Positions 13,843 through 28,250 of a stretch of DNA of 64,000 nt are shown here, piece after piece. The notes under the pieces were generated by a model. It saw only the letters and a program-made list of their open reading frames with translations, was not told where the DNA came from and did no database searches. The position numbers were made by a program, and so were the translations under genes. Positions within the stretch are counted from its first letter, which is position 1; each line of letters begins with the position of its first letter. This stretch comes from Octopus sinensis (Eukaryota): the NCBI RefSeq assembly GCF_006345805.1, contig NC_042998.1, positions 13,888,001-13,952,000 on the forward strand. The letters run 5' to 3'.

Positions 13843-14282
13843 TCTTTGTGAAAGGATTGTAAACGATTTAATCGGACGAGGAAAGAGATGGATGACGAGT
13901 GAAATTGTCCTTACGGACTGAAACGTATTTTGTGGCATGTCCAGATGCTCTATCAATCCGTTGATCGCTTGATAAGGAGAATAAACAAACCTATACAAAT
14001 AATTTGCAGTCGAGATAAGCAATTCAACGGAAGACAGAAACAATATTCCCACTCCAGCGAGGATATAACAGCAATCACTACATTGATATGTACAGGAGAT
14101 TCTAAAAGAGTAAGAAACAATAAAAGTGAAGTGATCACACATATAATCTATAGGCATTTGAATACATTGAAGTTTCCCACAAAATATCCGAAAAATAAAA
14201 TAAAATCGCATTATAGTAAAACAAAAAAGGAATACTGAAGCAATATTCTCAAAATGAAGATATAAAATGAAAAATAAGTGTA

Positions 14283-14357
14283 AGCAGCATCAGCAAGCAG
14301 TAGCAGTAGTAGCAGCAGTAGTAGTAATAGTGGTAGTAGTAGTATTAGTAGTAGTAT

Positions 14358-14411
<54 letters not shown>
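14283..14411. repeat. (AGC)/(TAG)n microsatellite
   Basis: Direct read. Confidence 0.95.
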
Positions 14412-15274
14412 GGGGAGTAGAAGGAGGAGGGAACGGAAGATGATGGGGAAACACGAGTAACATAAGTGTTTGACAATGTTGGTATAAATGGAGGAAAACG
14501 CACGCTTAGTCCTGCATAGCTGTACGCAGAGAACGAACTCCACGAAGCATAATTTTTGTATAGGTTAAAATTTATGATAATATACCTGTAGATAAAGTTA
14601 AGCATATAAAAATTTTAGCGATTGAGTATCAACAAAAAATGGATAATGATTCTCAAATATTCCCAAATCAAACTTGTCACAAACAAGCCTGGCAATACAT
14701 GGATTCGTGTGAATCTGGCTAAAATCTTTGGCAGAATGATGTCCTTCTAAACATTGAAATTAGTTTTTCTGTTTTCATATGGTTTGGATGGAAGGAATAT
14801 TACCATGCTTATACAATCCCTACGAAACGTTAGACATCTTTAGCGTTAAAATATCTCTTGGCCAGTTCCTGCGCCACAGTTTAGAGACAGTAGGGAGAAG
14901 CATGTTTAAGGGAATAACCAAAGGTCTGAGTAGAAAGAGCCGGGTGTTTTTCTTAGGTTAAGACTTTTGGAAGACAAAATATACTTGACGATAGAAGACG
15001 AGTAAGTTGTGACTGTTGGCTGGAGGTGGCACGTGGTAATTCTGTTCAGCCAGTTCTATTATTGTTAAAAAGCTAAATTAATGAAATAACATGCCTGCAG
15101 AATACACTGGGAATAATCTTTGTATATCAAAATATCAAGCTTTTGAGAGGCTTTTCCTTGTATACATTCTAAGATGTATTTTTATTGTAGCAGTAGCATC
15201 GACTCAGAATGAGGAGCATTTTTCTCTTTTGTAGAGAGCTTTTAGTTATACACGTTCACAGTGTATCCGTACTA

Positions 15275-15325
<51 letters not shown>

Positions 15326-16729
15326 ATTGTTATACATGCATATGAATAGTCCATTGATTTGTTTGCTTATTATATTCTTTGTATCAAACAATATATAAGA
15401 TTTCACCAAGAGACGAAATACGCTGCTTTTCAAACCTTTTTATGCAGTAGGTGAATTACATCAAGCCACCTTCGTCAGAACTTCCGACACCGACCTTTCT
15501 TCTGCATCTACAGTTTTGCATAGCCTATTATCTCTGATATTTCAATTATTATTTTCAAACTGGTAGCCACCCTCCTTTCTCAAATAATGATATTATTTAG
15601 CATCAATCCCCGATATATTTTTATAAATGCATATGCATTAAAAACGAACAGCGTAAATATTATTCCGTAATATCCTTTCAAGTTGTATATATATATCTTC
15701 ATCAATCATTTCATATGGCATATGCTTCTGGGTAATAAAAGTATATGCATGCCATGTTACATAAAGCATTGTACATCAGAATAACTAACCTAATTAACAC
15801 ATGAATGTTACTAGATCTATGAATCTTTCGGTTCACTTCCAAAACTTCCTACTCGGTAAACTACTGACTTCTAATTGTATTTGCGGAAATTGTGTGACGA
15901 ATAATTAATAGGATATTCTTAATTTGAATAGGATATTTAGATACTATCATTACAAGATAATTCACATAAACCAAGGGATAATTTATAAATCAATGCAATT
16001 TGCGTTAAATATACTTCTTAAGAATATGACTTTCGTATGTAGCATCAGCAACAATCTACATTAATAGTAAAATTTCTTCCCTTGTCAGTTTGAAGAAATT
16101 TTGCAGTAGAATGGTGTAAGTGTCCTTATAAGCCATAAGTAACGAGAATATGAAATGTCAAGACAGATAAACTAATGTAAATTCTCTTCTAAACTACGGA
16201 CAATAGCGTATACTCATGATCTCCGAAACAATAGAGCAGAGCTACCATCATATGTACGAAGTAGGTGACAAAAATCGATAGCATCATTTCTCTTTTTCAC
16301 TCTTCTTGAATAAAAACGTGAACAGGCTGAAATCGTTTCACTGATGGACAATTATTTACCGGTCATCATAGAAAATGTTCAAATATCCTGCTTTAGTTTT
16401 ACATAATCTGCCAGTTGTGACATTCAATAACACTCGCCAACAATTACTAAACAATTACTCATTAGGTTTCATATTGATTTATATCATTGATGCACGAAAA
16501 TATAAGCGTAGATTATAGCCGATTAAACTAACCTGAGTATTTGGATAGCCTGTTATTTTGTTGGCACAAGAAGGATGAAAGGCAGATTTGATTTTGGAGG
16601 GATTTAGATACTAACATAAAACAGATACGTGCATTAACACAGATATACAGACATTTATATGTGTGTGTTAGAACTTGAATTAACTGAAATCACCCCATTG
16701 TTTTTAGAGAAGCATAACTTCAAGACAGA

Positions 16730-16772
16730 AAGATAGATAGATGGATGGATAGAGAGATAGATAGAGAGGGAG

Positions 16773-16826
<54 letters not shown>

Positions 16827-16857
16827 TTAGTTAGATAGCTAGATAGATATATAGATA
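16730..16857. repeat. (AGAT)n microsatellite
   Basis: Direct read. Confidence 0.95.
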
Positions 16858-17568
16858 GGGATAATTGACTTATAATATTTATCGTAGATATTCATTGCTT
16901 TATATTTAACGCAAGTGGTGAAGTCACAAAGTTTAATATCCTTAGCTACAACTTGTTCAACGGCAGTAATTTTACGTGCGCGCAAATAAACCAGTAAACC
17001 TGCTTTTTCTCTTTCGTGCATATTACTAAATAATAGCCTCGATGACATGCAATGAAACAAGTATATCTTTTCCTCATTAATCATAACACTAACCAACGCT
17101 ATCAGTTCTGTTTAGCTGTATGTTACGTTCCATACTAGGTCCATTATGCATTTAAATTTTGATGTGCTTCCATTACATTTAATATTGTTTTAAACCACTG
17201 CGTTCAAAACTGTTCAAAACACACAAACATATAAATGCATATAAACGTAAGTACAGGTATGTATACATTTAACACCAGTCCTGCTATGGGAAAAATATAT
17301 TTATTTCGATGTTGTAAATTTGTTTTCCTTTTCTACTTATTTTTCACTTCTCTATCTTATACAAAAAGGATCCTTAAATTCACTTTTGTTACAACTGTCA
17401 GTGTATTTATTTTCCTTTTACTATTCGTCCATTATTGCTTTCTCGTTTATTAGGTTATGAATAGCTTTCCTCATTCCTTGTATTAATATTTTTCGTCACC
17501 TTAGGCCCCTTAAAATCACTTGTTTGCTTGGTGCTATTTATTTCTGCCTCTTTCCGTGTGTGTGTATA

Positions 17569-17624
<56 letters not shown>

Positions 17625-17651
17625 AAAAAACAAGTCAAAAATAGAAAATGC

Positions 17652-17692
<41 letters not shown>

Positions 17693-17701
17693 ATGTATAT
17701 A

Positions 17702-17735
<34 letters not shown>

Positions 17736-17737
17736 AT

Positions 17738-18061
17738 TAGTGAATGGAAGAAATGGAGCTGAACGAAGATTCTACAGAATTCCTTTTATTACATTCTACA
17801 CATGTTTCAAAGGCCACAAATTTCCAAATTCTGATTGAATAAGGATACCATATTGCAGCTTTCTCTTCAGGAAAATCCAGGAATTACGATGTCCAAACAA
17901 AACAAAGGCGCAGCAAGCAACTCGAACAAGAACGCTCCCTAGGAGCCCATGAAGTGGGGTAAACTCCAACCGTGTTTTTTCTGCTGTGATTTTTGCTACC
18001 CAGGTATCGGTTAAACTTTTGAATAATCCGTAACAAGATAATTCATCTTCCACTTCAACAA
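17738..18061 (-). mobile_element. PLE-type pseudo-LTR fragment with hammerhead, between (TA)n tracts
   Basis: HHR at 17794-17875 followed by AATAAA; (TA)n on both sides. Confidence 0.65.
17794..17875 (-). ncRNA. Type I hammerhead ribozyme with extended stem II
   Basis: ttc-CTGAAGA-g-aaagctgca...tgtggccttt-GAAACA-tg-TGT-A-gaa. Confidence 0.7.
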
Positions 18062-18117
<56 letters not shown>

Positions 18118-18167
18118 GAATATATATATACATATATATAATGTTTATATATGTATGTATGTATGTA

Positions 18168-18235
<68 letters not shown>

Positions 18236-18274
18236 TATGTATATATATATATATGTAATATATATATATAATAT

Positions 18275-18355
<81 letters not shown>

Positions 18356-18405
18356 ATATTATATATATATTATATATATATATATATATAATATATATAT
18401 ATATA
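18062..18405. repeat. Long interrupted (TA)n microsatellite
   Basis: Direct read. Confidence 0.95.
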
Positions 18406-18801
18406 CTTTGATAGGTTTCATAGATAGAGATCATCACCTGGCGAAGTCATTCAGATCAGGTATCTGACAACATAGCCCACACGAGTAGAGAGTTATTGTT
18501 TCTAGCCTAAGGTTCATTCGGGATTTCTTGAAGGAATTTGTCCAAAGACTTCTTAAACTTTATGGGGTCTGTTTCTGCTTTAATGTGTTCTGGTGTAATG
18601 TTAATGAAAGCCGAGCCAATTCAGGGGAAATAATTGTGCCGTATATATATATACAGAGGCGATGCGAGTATGATTTATGTCGCGGCCGGCTAGCACGGGG
18701 CCCAAGACTTGGGTGTATCTTAAGATGATGCTAACATCATTTGAGCAATGCTGATAGGATATTTTCTACATCATACAAATGATGTAGTGCTCACGCCAGC
18801 G
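18406..18801 (-). pseudogene. CR1-clade LINE ORF2 C-terminus / 3' end fragment
   Basis: RWREHYIICMM*KISYQHCSNDVSIILKIHPSLGPRA...RHNYFP*IGSAFINITPEHIKAETDPIKFKKSLDKFLQEIPNEP*ARNNNSLLVWA (FKxxLDKFLxxIPDxP..NSL motif). Confidence 0.8.
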
Positions 18802-18951
18802 TGTATATATATATATATTTAATCAGCCGAAATTACTACGATGATCCGGTTCTTGACTGAAGACTGAGGGGTTCGAATGTCCTGTCCATGTTTATTGTAT
18901 CGTCTTCTATGAGTTATACGTTCTTGTCCATGTTGTATTTTTCTACATACC

Positions 18952-18995
<44 letters not shown>

Positions 18996-19404
18996 ATACA
19001 TATACAGAGAAAGCCAGAAAAATGGACAAAAGTACAGACATGCACACACAGACACACACGCTCAAACATACACATGCATGCACACAAACAAACATTATAT
19101 ATATACATACATACAAACATACATACATACATACATAACTACCTGCCTCTTTCTGTCTGGCAGCCTCAATTTTTTTAACATTCTCATTTCGCACACTTTC
19201 CATACAATATATACGCATACATATATGTATATATATATGCACATGTATGTATATATGGGTATATATTGTATGCAAAGTGTGACAGAAGTGAATAAGAAAA
19301 AAGTGAGTTTGTTTGCAAGATAGAAAGTGGAAGGGATTACGAAAATTAAGGAAGAGAAAGGAAAAGAAGATAAAGCCCGAAACCGGCAGTATTATACTCT
19401 CTAT

Positions 19405-20188
19405 CTTTCTCTCTTTTACTTGTTTCAGTCATTTGACTGCGGCTATGCTGGAGCATCGCCTTTAGTCGAGCAAATCGACCCCGGGACTTATTATTTTGTA
19501 AGCCCAATACTTATTCTATCGGTCTCTTTTGCCGAACTGCTAAGTTTACTTTTTTAATTGTTTCAGTCATTTCACTGCGGCCATGCTGGAGCACCGCCTT
19601 TAGTCTATCAAATCGACCCCGTGACTTATTCTTTTGTAAGCCCAGCACTTATTCTATCGGTCTCTTTTTGCCGAACACCGCTAAGTGACGGGGAAGTAAA
19701 CACACCAGCATTGGTTGTCAAGCAATGCTAGGCGGACAAACACAGACACACAAACATATACACACACACTTATATATATATACATATATACTCTTTTATT
19801 ATTTTACTTGTTTCAGTCATTTGACTGCGGCCATGCTGGAGCACCGCCTTTAATCGAGCAACTCGTCCCCGGAACTTATTCTTTTGTAAGCCCAGTACTT
19901 ATTCTATCGGTCTCTTTTGCCGAACCGCTAAGTAACGGGGACATAAACACTAGGGGACAAACACAGACACACGAACACACACACGCATGTATATATATAT
20001 ATTTATATATATATATACATATATACGACAGGCTTCTTTCAGTTTCCGTCTACCAAATCCACTCACAAGGCATTGGTCGGCCCGGAGCTAGAACAGGAGA
20101 CACTTGCCCAAGATGCCACGCACTGGGACTGAACCCGCAACCATGTGGTTGGTTAACAAGCTACTTACCACACAGCTACTCCTGCGCC
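19405..20188 (-). mobile_element. SINE A with triplicated 3' segment
   Basis: Full copy ~19790-20188 plus two extra 3' modules (19405-19545, 19546-19790). Confidence 0.85.
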
Positions 20189-20946
20189 TGAATATATTCA
20201 CAATTTTCATATAAATGTAAACATAACAGTGATTCTATAAAATTACAGCTCAAACAAAATGTGGGTTAAACATTCAAATATGTTTTAGCGTTTACCTGAA
20301 CACAAAAGTCACCGCATAACTAAATTACCGTTTTGTCGGACATATTTCGATAACTGTTAGCACAATCAATGAATAAAATTATTGAAACAACTATAAAAAA
20401 AGCAAAAACGATGTGTAAATTAGTCTGAATATTTAAATTGACATGATGGAGATGAAACTATTTCAATACATCAGACTTAAATAGCTAGGCCGTTAAGAAT
20501 GTACAGTATATGTGTATACAATGTATATTTACGTGTCTGTATAAGTTAACAACCTGTCGGTTGGTAAGAGGAAAGGAAATTAGAGAACAGATTTCTGATG
20601 TTATATAATACAAAATATATACTTAGATTACATAGTATCAGAGATTATACACATATTTCAAATATTTAATTTTGTTATCATGAGAGATGAAAATGAAAGC
20701 TTTTACTCTCATCAAGATACTAAGAATTAACATGTTTCCAATGAATAAATCTAATCGTAGAGGAGGGATTATTAACAAACTTGGTTAGAGTGAGAAGGAT
20801 AAGGATTTAAGATAATACTTTTGTCTCATCTATCTCGCTTTGTTTCTCGTGAAAATGGAGTTATCATCTGATATGTTACCAGGCTATTCGCCCTGTTGCA
20901 AATATGAGCAATCATATGCACGTATTGCAGCCTATATTTTTAACAG

Positions 20947-21545
20947 GAGGCGGCGAACTGGCAGAATCGTTAGCACGCCGGTCGAAATGCTTAGTAGTAT
21001 TTCGTCTGTCGTTACGTTCTGAGTTCAAATTCCGTGAGGTCGACTTTGCCTTTCATCCTTTCGGGGTCGATAAATAGAGTACCAGTCTCGCACTGGGGTC
21101 GATGTAATCGACTTAATCCCTTTGTCTGTCTTTGTTTGTCCCCTCTATGTTTAGCCCCTTGTGGGTAGTAAAGAAATCGGTATTTCGTCTGCCGTTACGT
21201 TCTGAGTTCAAATTCCGCCGAGGTCAACTTTGCATTTCATCCTTTCGGGGTCGATAAATAGAGTACCAGTTTTGCACTGGGGTCGATGTAATCGACTTAA
21301 TTCCTTTGTCTGTCTTTGTTTGTCCCCTCTATGTTTAGCCCCTTGTGGGTAGTACAGAAATAGGTATTTCGTCTGCCGTTACGTTCTGAGTTCAAATTCC
21401 GCCGAGGTCAACTTTGCCTTTCATCCTTTCGGGGTCGATAAATTAAGTACCAGTAACGCACTGGGGTCGATGTAATCGACTTATCCCTTTGTCTGTCCTT
21501 GTTTGTCCCCTCTATGTTTAGCCCCTTGTGGGCAATAAAGAAATA
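20947..21545 (+). mobile_element. SINE B: one head + three tandem ~183-bp body units
   Basis: Units start at ~20997, 21180, 21364 (GTATTTCGTCTG); TSD TATATTTTTAACAG at 20933-20946 and 21546-21559. Confidence 0.92.
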
Positions 21546-24149
21546 TATATTTTTAACAGATTGCTTCCATATAAGATATAGGGGCCATAGTTGTAGCTAG
21601 GATCATTTTAATTAAGCTCATGCTTCGATTGTGGTAGATTACAGTAGATTAACGACATGGAAAAATCATGAAAATATATTTTTTTAAATGTACAATAGAA
21701 ATACCTAAGTTGCAATTAAGAAAACCAAATTTCATCGTGCTGTAAAATGTTCCGTAGATTTAAATGCAAAATTAATAAATATTAAGAGGTTTCATTCTTG
21801 CATGTTACATACTTCGCATCACTTTTTCTACTGCTGTACAAAACGTTGTTGTTCAGCAACTGATAATAAGATATATCTTAATAGATATAAAAGTGCGTAT
21901 ATTTCTTTAGTTGTTAAAATAAAAAGAGATTTTATCGCATATGGAACCTATGAAGTATTAACATTAACCAAAAAAATACCTCCATTTTGTGCGAAAGTGC
22001 ATTTCTCGAATACATGCACATCGTTGTATATCAAAGTATGTGTTTAGACTTTGGCTAAATTTTGAATACACGAGATATTTCTCATGTGGCAAAATCATCT
22101 AGATACAGATTCTGTCTCTCAAACATCATGAGAAACATTCTTCTCATTCTTATGGTTTGCCGTATGAACTTCTTTTTCACCTGTTTATGATTCTATTGGT
22201 AACATATAAGACCAGTACTACATGTATTGTGGATATAACTGGTGTACGAGTGTACTGAAGTCTTGTGGTTTGTATGCCTGTATGTAAAATAACTGGTAGA
22301 CAACATTTATTATTTCCACGCTGCTAGATGCTACTGTTTGCGATTTACTTATATTAGCACCATTAACGATGTTGTTGATTTTGTGTGGTTTTTGAAATAC
22401 TTTGTTTTCTGTTTTTATGTGTTTTTTACTGTTTCGGCATTATGTTTATTATACGCAGCGTAAAATATCTTGTACGTGTTCGCTTGGAATTTTGTCTTTT
22501 CAGACTTTCGACTTTGTTGTATATAGATAGAATTGTTGATTGCCTCGTTAATGTAGTGTTGTATGTCAAAACAGGTTTTGTGGTTAAAGATCGATTGTAG
22601 CCGTTTGAAGTAATGCAATCGATACATCTTATATGAATCTTTTAGTAATATACGAATGACTTTTTAATCAATTAGTCTAATGGCAAGAAATCACATCATT
22701 AGGTCAGATATAACTTATTCAGATCTATATATAGAAGAAATTCAATAATAATTGTTTTGCGTAGAAGCTTGTGTCATAGTCACTAAGTATAATTCTTTTT
22801 CCTCTCAACACAGCTACTAATTTTAGAAATTATTTTAACTGGTTCTGCAGGATAAGAGCTGTTTTTTTATTTCTTTCTTGTCTTTTGTTTGTATATTTAT
22901 TTTTTCATAGGTCTCACATTTTCTTCTATCTATTTAGAAAACGGATGTATTATTTTGATTCCTTTTGTCACCACCGAATTCAAAACTTGATTTTCCAGGT
23001 TTGAGCTATAAACAATTATTTGTGGCGTTTATGTCAATTCATAAAGATATAAGAAAAACGCCAATCCTGTTGTGAATTTATTTCCGGAAGCGGATACAAC
23101 ACACACATGGAGGTTTTTCTTTCTGAGTTAGTCATTTTTCAAATCTATAGGAACCTTCTCATCAATGGATATACATATCTAACAAATTGTAACTTTCGAT
23201 GAATAAAAAAAAATTTTATTGACTCAAAGCCCTCTCAGAAAAGGGGTCTAAAGAAATACTGTTATTATGAGATTTATGCATAACTAATGCATAAACCTGA
23301 AAATAGTAGAATTTCTTTCCTAGCTCCTTCATAATAATGGTGAAATTGGAGTAGAGAGCATGTGTTGAATAATATTTGAATACATGAATACGTTGAACAT
23401 GTAAACATATTAATTTCGCTTTTGTTCCTTTTTCTTTTATGTAAGTGTATAACATCTCTCTCCCCCTCTATCTCTCTCCATTTCTCTTTTTGTACACGGA
23501 GTTTTATATTTCAGACCACTACATAGACATACGTACATATATTTGTGTGTGTGTAGACAGTTTCACACACACACACATACATAAAACCACAAACATACAC
23601 ACACACACATACATAAAACTACAAACACACACATACATGGACAAGAGTATATGGAGAATGATAAGTGGAAGAAGGAGTATGCTTTATAGTTTGACTTTAT
23701 ATAATGGACGGCAATATTATTATATTAAGGTTGTTCCACGATTTTAATACCGGAGGAATATATTTGTCTCAGAATATATTCTTCGAATCAATATGCATTG
23801 CACTCGTTTATAGCTTTCATAAACGCAGTCGATTCCAGTGCGAATTATACATGAAAGTACTTCATAGCGCGTCTGAAACTAAGCCAGGATATACCACACA
23901 ACAATAAATTTAAAAACGAGAACTTGCAGCTAGAGCCAATTCAATCAGATGACACTTTTCGGATATAAAGTATCAGTATTCTTTCATTAATATAATTTTA
24001 TGATTCATTTTTTAAGCAACACTGCAAAAATTTCTGTCGCATTCTAGAGTGCAGTTATGAATACATACGTACACACACACACACGTCCGTGCCCACGCAT
24101 ACACTCATACCGACATATATTCATGTTCATATATGTAAATACATATAGG

Positions 24150-24209
<60 letters not shown>

Positions 24210-24219
24210 AATATGTAAT

Positions 24220-24473
24220 ATTTCCTTCTTGAGTCTTGCAAGGCTCACGAGGGACGGTTTACAGGATTCAATGGTGTGCATTTTCTCCAATTGGATGGGA
24301 CGTCGGTCTGTCGCAGGATTACTCATTTTTGCTAGCTGAGTGGACTGGAGCGACGTTAAAATGAAGTGCTTTGCTCAAGAACACAACGCGTTGCCCGGTC
24401 CAGAAATCGAAATCACTTTCTCATGTCATGGTCCTGAGTCCAACACCCTAACCACTAAACCACGCACTTCCAC
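24220..24473 (-). mobile_element. SINE head D; tail related to 61091/62388 copies
   Basis: gctgagtggactggagc..gctcaagaacacaacgcgttgcccggtcc..ccctaaccactaa. Confidence 0.8.
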
Positions 24474-24579
24474 ACACACACACACAAACATAAACACACA
24501 TATATATACACGCACACACAGATGAATATACACACACTCACAAGCACATATACAAATATATATATATATATTTATGTAT

Positions 24580-24830
24580 ACTTTATTTAAAGCAGCAGAA
24601 AATTCAACAAAACCTGTTGCTCTGAGTTTCCCGTTGCCACATCTGTCGGTGCTTATCTCTACAGAGAAATATATATTTTCCCGTCAAACTGTCCGATGAA
24701 CGGCAACGGGATACTCAGAGTAACAGGTTTTGTTGAATTTTCTGCTGCTTTGAATAAAGCATATTACTCTACCACTGGTATTTGAGTACTCTTTTCTCCA
24801 CCTTGTTTCACATTATGTGTTTACTCCAGG
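24580..24830 (+). mobile_element. Palindromic PLE-type insert with variant hammerhead in (TA)n
   Basis: Arms 24580-24638 / 24702-24759, 3' extension to 24830; HHR-like 24686-24730. Confidence 0.7.
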
Positions 24831-24835
24831 ATATT

Positions 24836-24910
<75 letters not shown>

Positions 24911-25488
24911 ATAGTAGTGATATAGGTTGCAAAAACGTGAGATGTACAATAAAATTGTAGAAAGAACGACGGAAAGAAAATGAGAGTGAATGGGAATAAT
25001 CGCTATAGAAATCATTAAAATAAGACTTTAGAAGGAAGAATATATCCAAGAAGAGAAGTAAGTGTGAAGATGGACGATTGAAAGATTAAAAAGAGCAGCT
25101 TCCAGAAACTACGAGCTGTATATAGAGATATCTAGAAGTGAACGTGAGAGAGAGAAGAAAAGAGAGAGAAGGAATGTGCGTGTTTGTGTGGTATGACAGA
25201 GGAAGAGAGAGAAGTAGTGGTTGTAAAGAAAAAAAATAAAACATATATGTAGAAGGCAATGGAAGATCAGCTGAAAATTGAATATATTTTGAAGGTGAAA
25301 TAGCTAGCCAGATAATATAGGAGATACTTGATGGATTCGATGTAGTGACAGGTAAACAACTCGATGCATATATTCCTGTGCTCGTATAAGGCAGGGTATT
25401 TGTGCGCCCATGAATACAACCGCACGTCCTATCATGAATATATTCGTTTTGTTTAAAGATATATACATTCATAGAGAGATGCATACAC

Positions 25489-25524
<36 letters not shown>

Positions 25525-25923
25525 GCATATATAAACATACATAAATATGTATAATATCATGTATGTGTGTATGTGTGTGTATACACACGAAATGAAAGGG
25601 AGATCAAAAGGCATGCACATAAATGGATAGATACATTATAAATATATAGATTTATTGACATATAAACACGTAGCCAGAAATATATATTTCTCTGTAGAGA
25701 TAAGCACCGACAGATGCACATACATATATATATATGTGTGTGTTGGGTGTGTGTGGAAGTGTGTGTGTGTGTGGAAGGCGTATATGTGTGTAAAGAGAGA
25801 GGAATATGGGAGACTGAAAGGAGAGGAATGGGAGACAACGAGTTCTGCAAAGAGGGGTACAAAGCTAGATCCATAAAGGAAAATAAATCAAAGAACTTAG
25901 AAAACGCAACGGTAGAGTGGTAA

Positions 25924-25977
<54 letters not shown>

Positions 25978-26384
25978 ACGCATATAGATATATATATACG
26001 CACACATTTCTTGGATAGTGATGTGTGTTGCAGGTTTGGCAACATGAATGTTTGAACGGTTGGTTGAACATAGAAATAGATTTTATGTGAAGGGTTATTG
26101 GTTGGATGATTATAAGAATATAAGGCTGGAAATATATATATGTATATATTATCGGATAAAAGAACAACGATGTAAGTTATAAAGATAACTGAATAGGTGG
26201 TCAAATTTCAAGTTGTATTTCTTGTTTGCTCTTTCCAAATATCCGCCTGTCTTAACAGCCAGCAAAAAAAGAGAAAAGTTACCATAATTATACGATAAGT
26301 CATTATGTCAAATAATACAAGATAAGGGTTTATATCTTAAATAATTATACATATTGGTTTCCTGTTGGGCATGTGTTTGTATGT

Positions 26385-26398
26385 GTATATATATATAA

Positions 26399-26447
<49 letters not shown>

Positions 26448-26517
26448 TGTATATATGCTGGTATGCACCTATGTAAATATTATATATATATATATATATA
26501 CATACATACATACATAC

Positions 26518-26563
<46 letters not shown>

Positions 26564-26600
26564 CATACATACATATATATATATAATATATATAATATAT

Positions 26601-26640
<40 letters not shown>

Positions 26641-26658
26641 CGTAAATATATATATATA
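26385..26658. repeat. (TA)n/(TACA)n microsatellite
   Basis: Direct read. Confidence 0.95.
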
Positions 26659-27502
26659 CAAGTGGATGAATAGTAGGATGTCAACGACATATTTTAGTAT
26701 AATATTCTCTTGCGTCTAAAGAGAAAATTTTGAGTTGTAAAGTAACACTATTTCAAACAGTAAACATTAACTTAGAATTAAGAGGAATGATATTAAATCT
26801 AAAAATCTCAAATTATTTAGCAACAAATATACGAAAGACGACTGCTGTAGTAATCTCACGAAAGACTTTTATTATAGATTCCGAATCTAGAACTTGACCG
26901 CTCCATATCGAGCCAATCCTAACTTGTCCTTAAGTTATTTTAAATATGTTCAGATCTACATTATTTCTTAAAATATGATGGGATGATGTTTTGTTGAACG
27001 CTTTGCGTTAACATGCGGTAAATAATATTTACTACTGGTGCGTATTATATCGATACTGGTAAAATATCAATGTTGATGCCTTGTATCAGCGTTCTCCGGG
27101 CTATTATTAAAAAGTAAAGATTTACAATTTTCACAAACCGTTAAATGCGTAGAGATTTCATGTTTCCATTGATTTCTACGCATATTTTGTGACTTGCATT
27201 TATGCCATCAAAGGAAAATGAGAAATATCAAACTCTATCATCTCAGTCGTGTGGCATCTTGACATCCAGAAACCTCTTTTCTCTATATAGAAGTGAAATC
27301 CAGTTGTATCGTAAAGAAGAAATATACATAATTCTGTTAGGTTCTTCAAGTTTAATTCATACATTCGCGCATGAGCACACACACACATGTGCGTGTGTGC
27401 GTGTGTATGAGTGTTTACTGTTGTGGGCATATATAAACATCGATTTGCATTGATGGCGATTACTAACGCTTATAGATACGTACATATATATATTTATTAT
27501 AT

Positions 27503-27572
<70 letters not shown>

Positions 27573-27746
27573 AACATATATACATAAATATATATGTATA
27601 GGGAGAGAGATAGATGGGGTGAGTGAAAGAGTGTGAAAGTTATTAATGTTTTTGTTGAGTTTATACATATAATTACTTTAATATGAGATTGAGAGAATAT
27701 TTTTAGTACCTATAGTTTATTTTTCTACAGTACATTTGAGAATTGC

Positions 27747-27906
27747 AGACGTGACTGGCTGATCAGGAGTTGGAATCCCAACCACATGATTCCGGTCTCA
27801 GTCCCTCTTCATGGTACCTTGAGCAAGTGTCTTCTTTTGAAGCATGGGACCGACCAAAATCTTGTGAATTTATTGTGAATGGAATGAAACAGAAACTGAA
27901 AGATGT

Positions 27907-27957
<51 letters not shown>

Positions 27958-28115
27958 ATGTGTGTGTGTGTGTGTGTGTGTGTATCTGTTTCTCCTCTCT
28001 CCACCAGATGACCACCGATGTTGTTCTGTTTGCTGGGGGTGTTTGTTCGAATAAAATTCTCCAACGCAGAGACCCTGAATGGCTGCAGTCTTATTACTGA
28101 AACAGGTAAAGGAAA
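27747..28115 (+). mobile_element. SINE A, degenerate
   Basis: accacatgattccgg..accttgagcaagtgtcttct..aaactgaaaga..(TA)(TG)n..actgaaacaggtaaa. Confidence 0.7.
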
Positions 28116-28217
28116 TGATAAACGAAAACTGACCTTTGAACTTTACATTATCAGCCTACGTGAGACCGATCAATATTGCTTGGTACACCAAAGCTTAGCT
28201 TCTTCTTGTTTTCTTGT

Positions 28218-28250
<33 letters not shown>

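Noticed and set aside
18818-18955. (TA)n-flanked insert with CAGCCGAAA and CTGAAGA
   Set aside because: Motifs are in the wrong order or incomplete; no coherent hammerhead fold
20997-21545. Tandem repeats resembling a CRISPR array
   Set aside because: Units are ~183-bp SINE bodies without unique spacers; eukaryotic context, no cas genes
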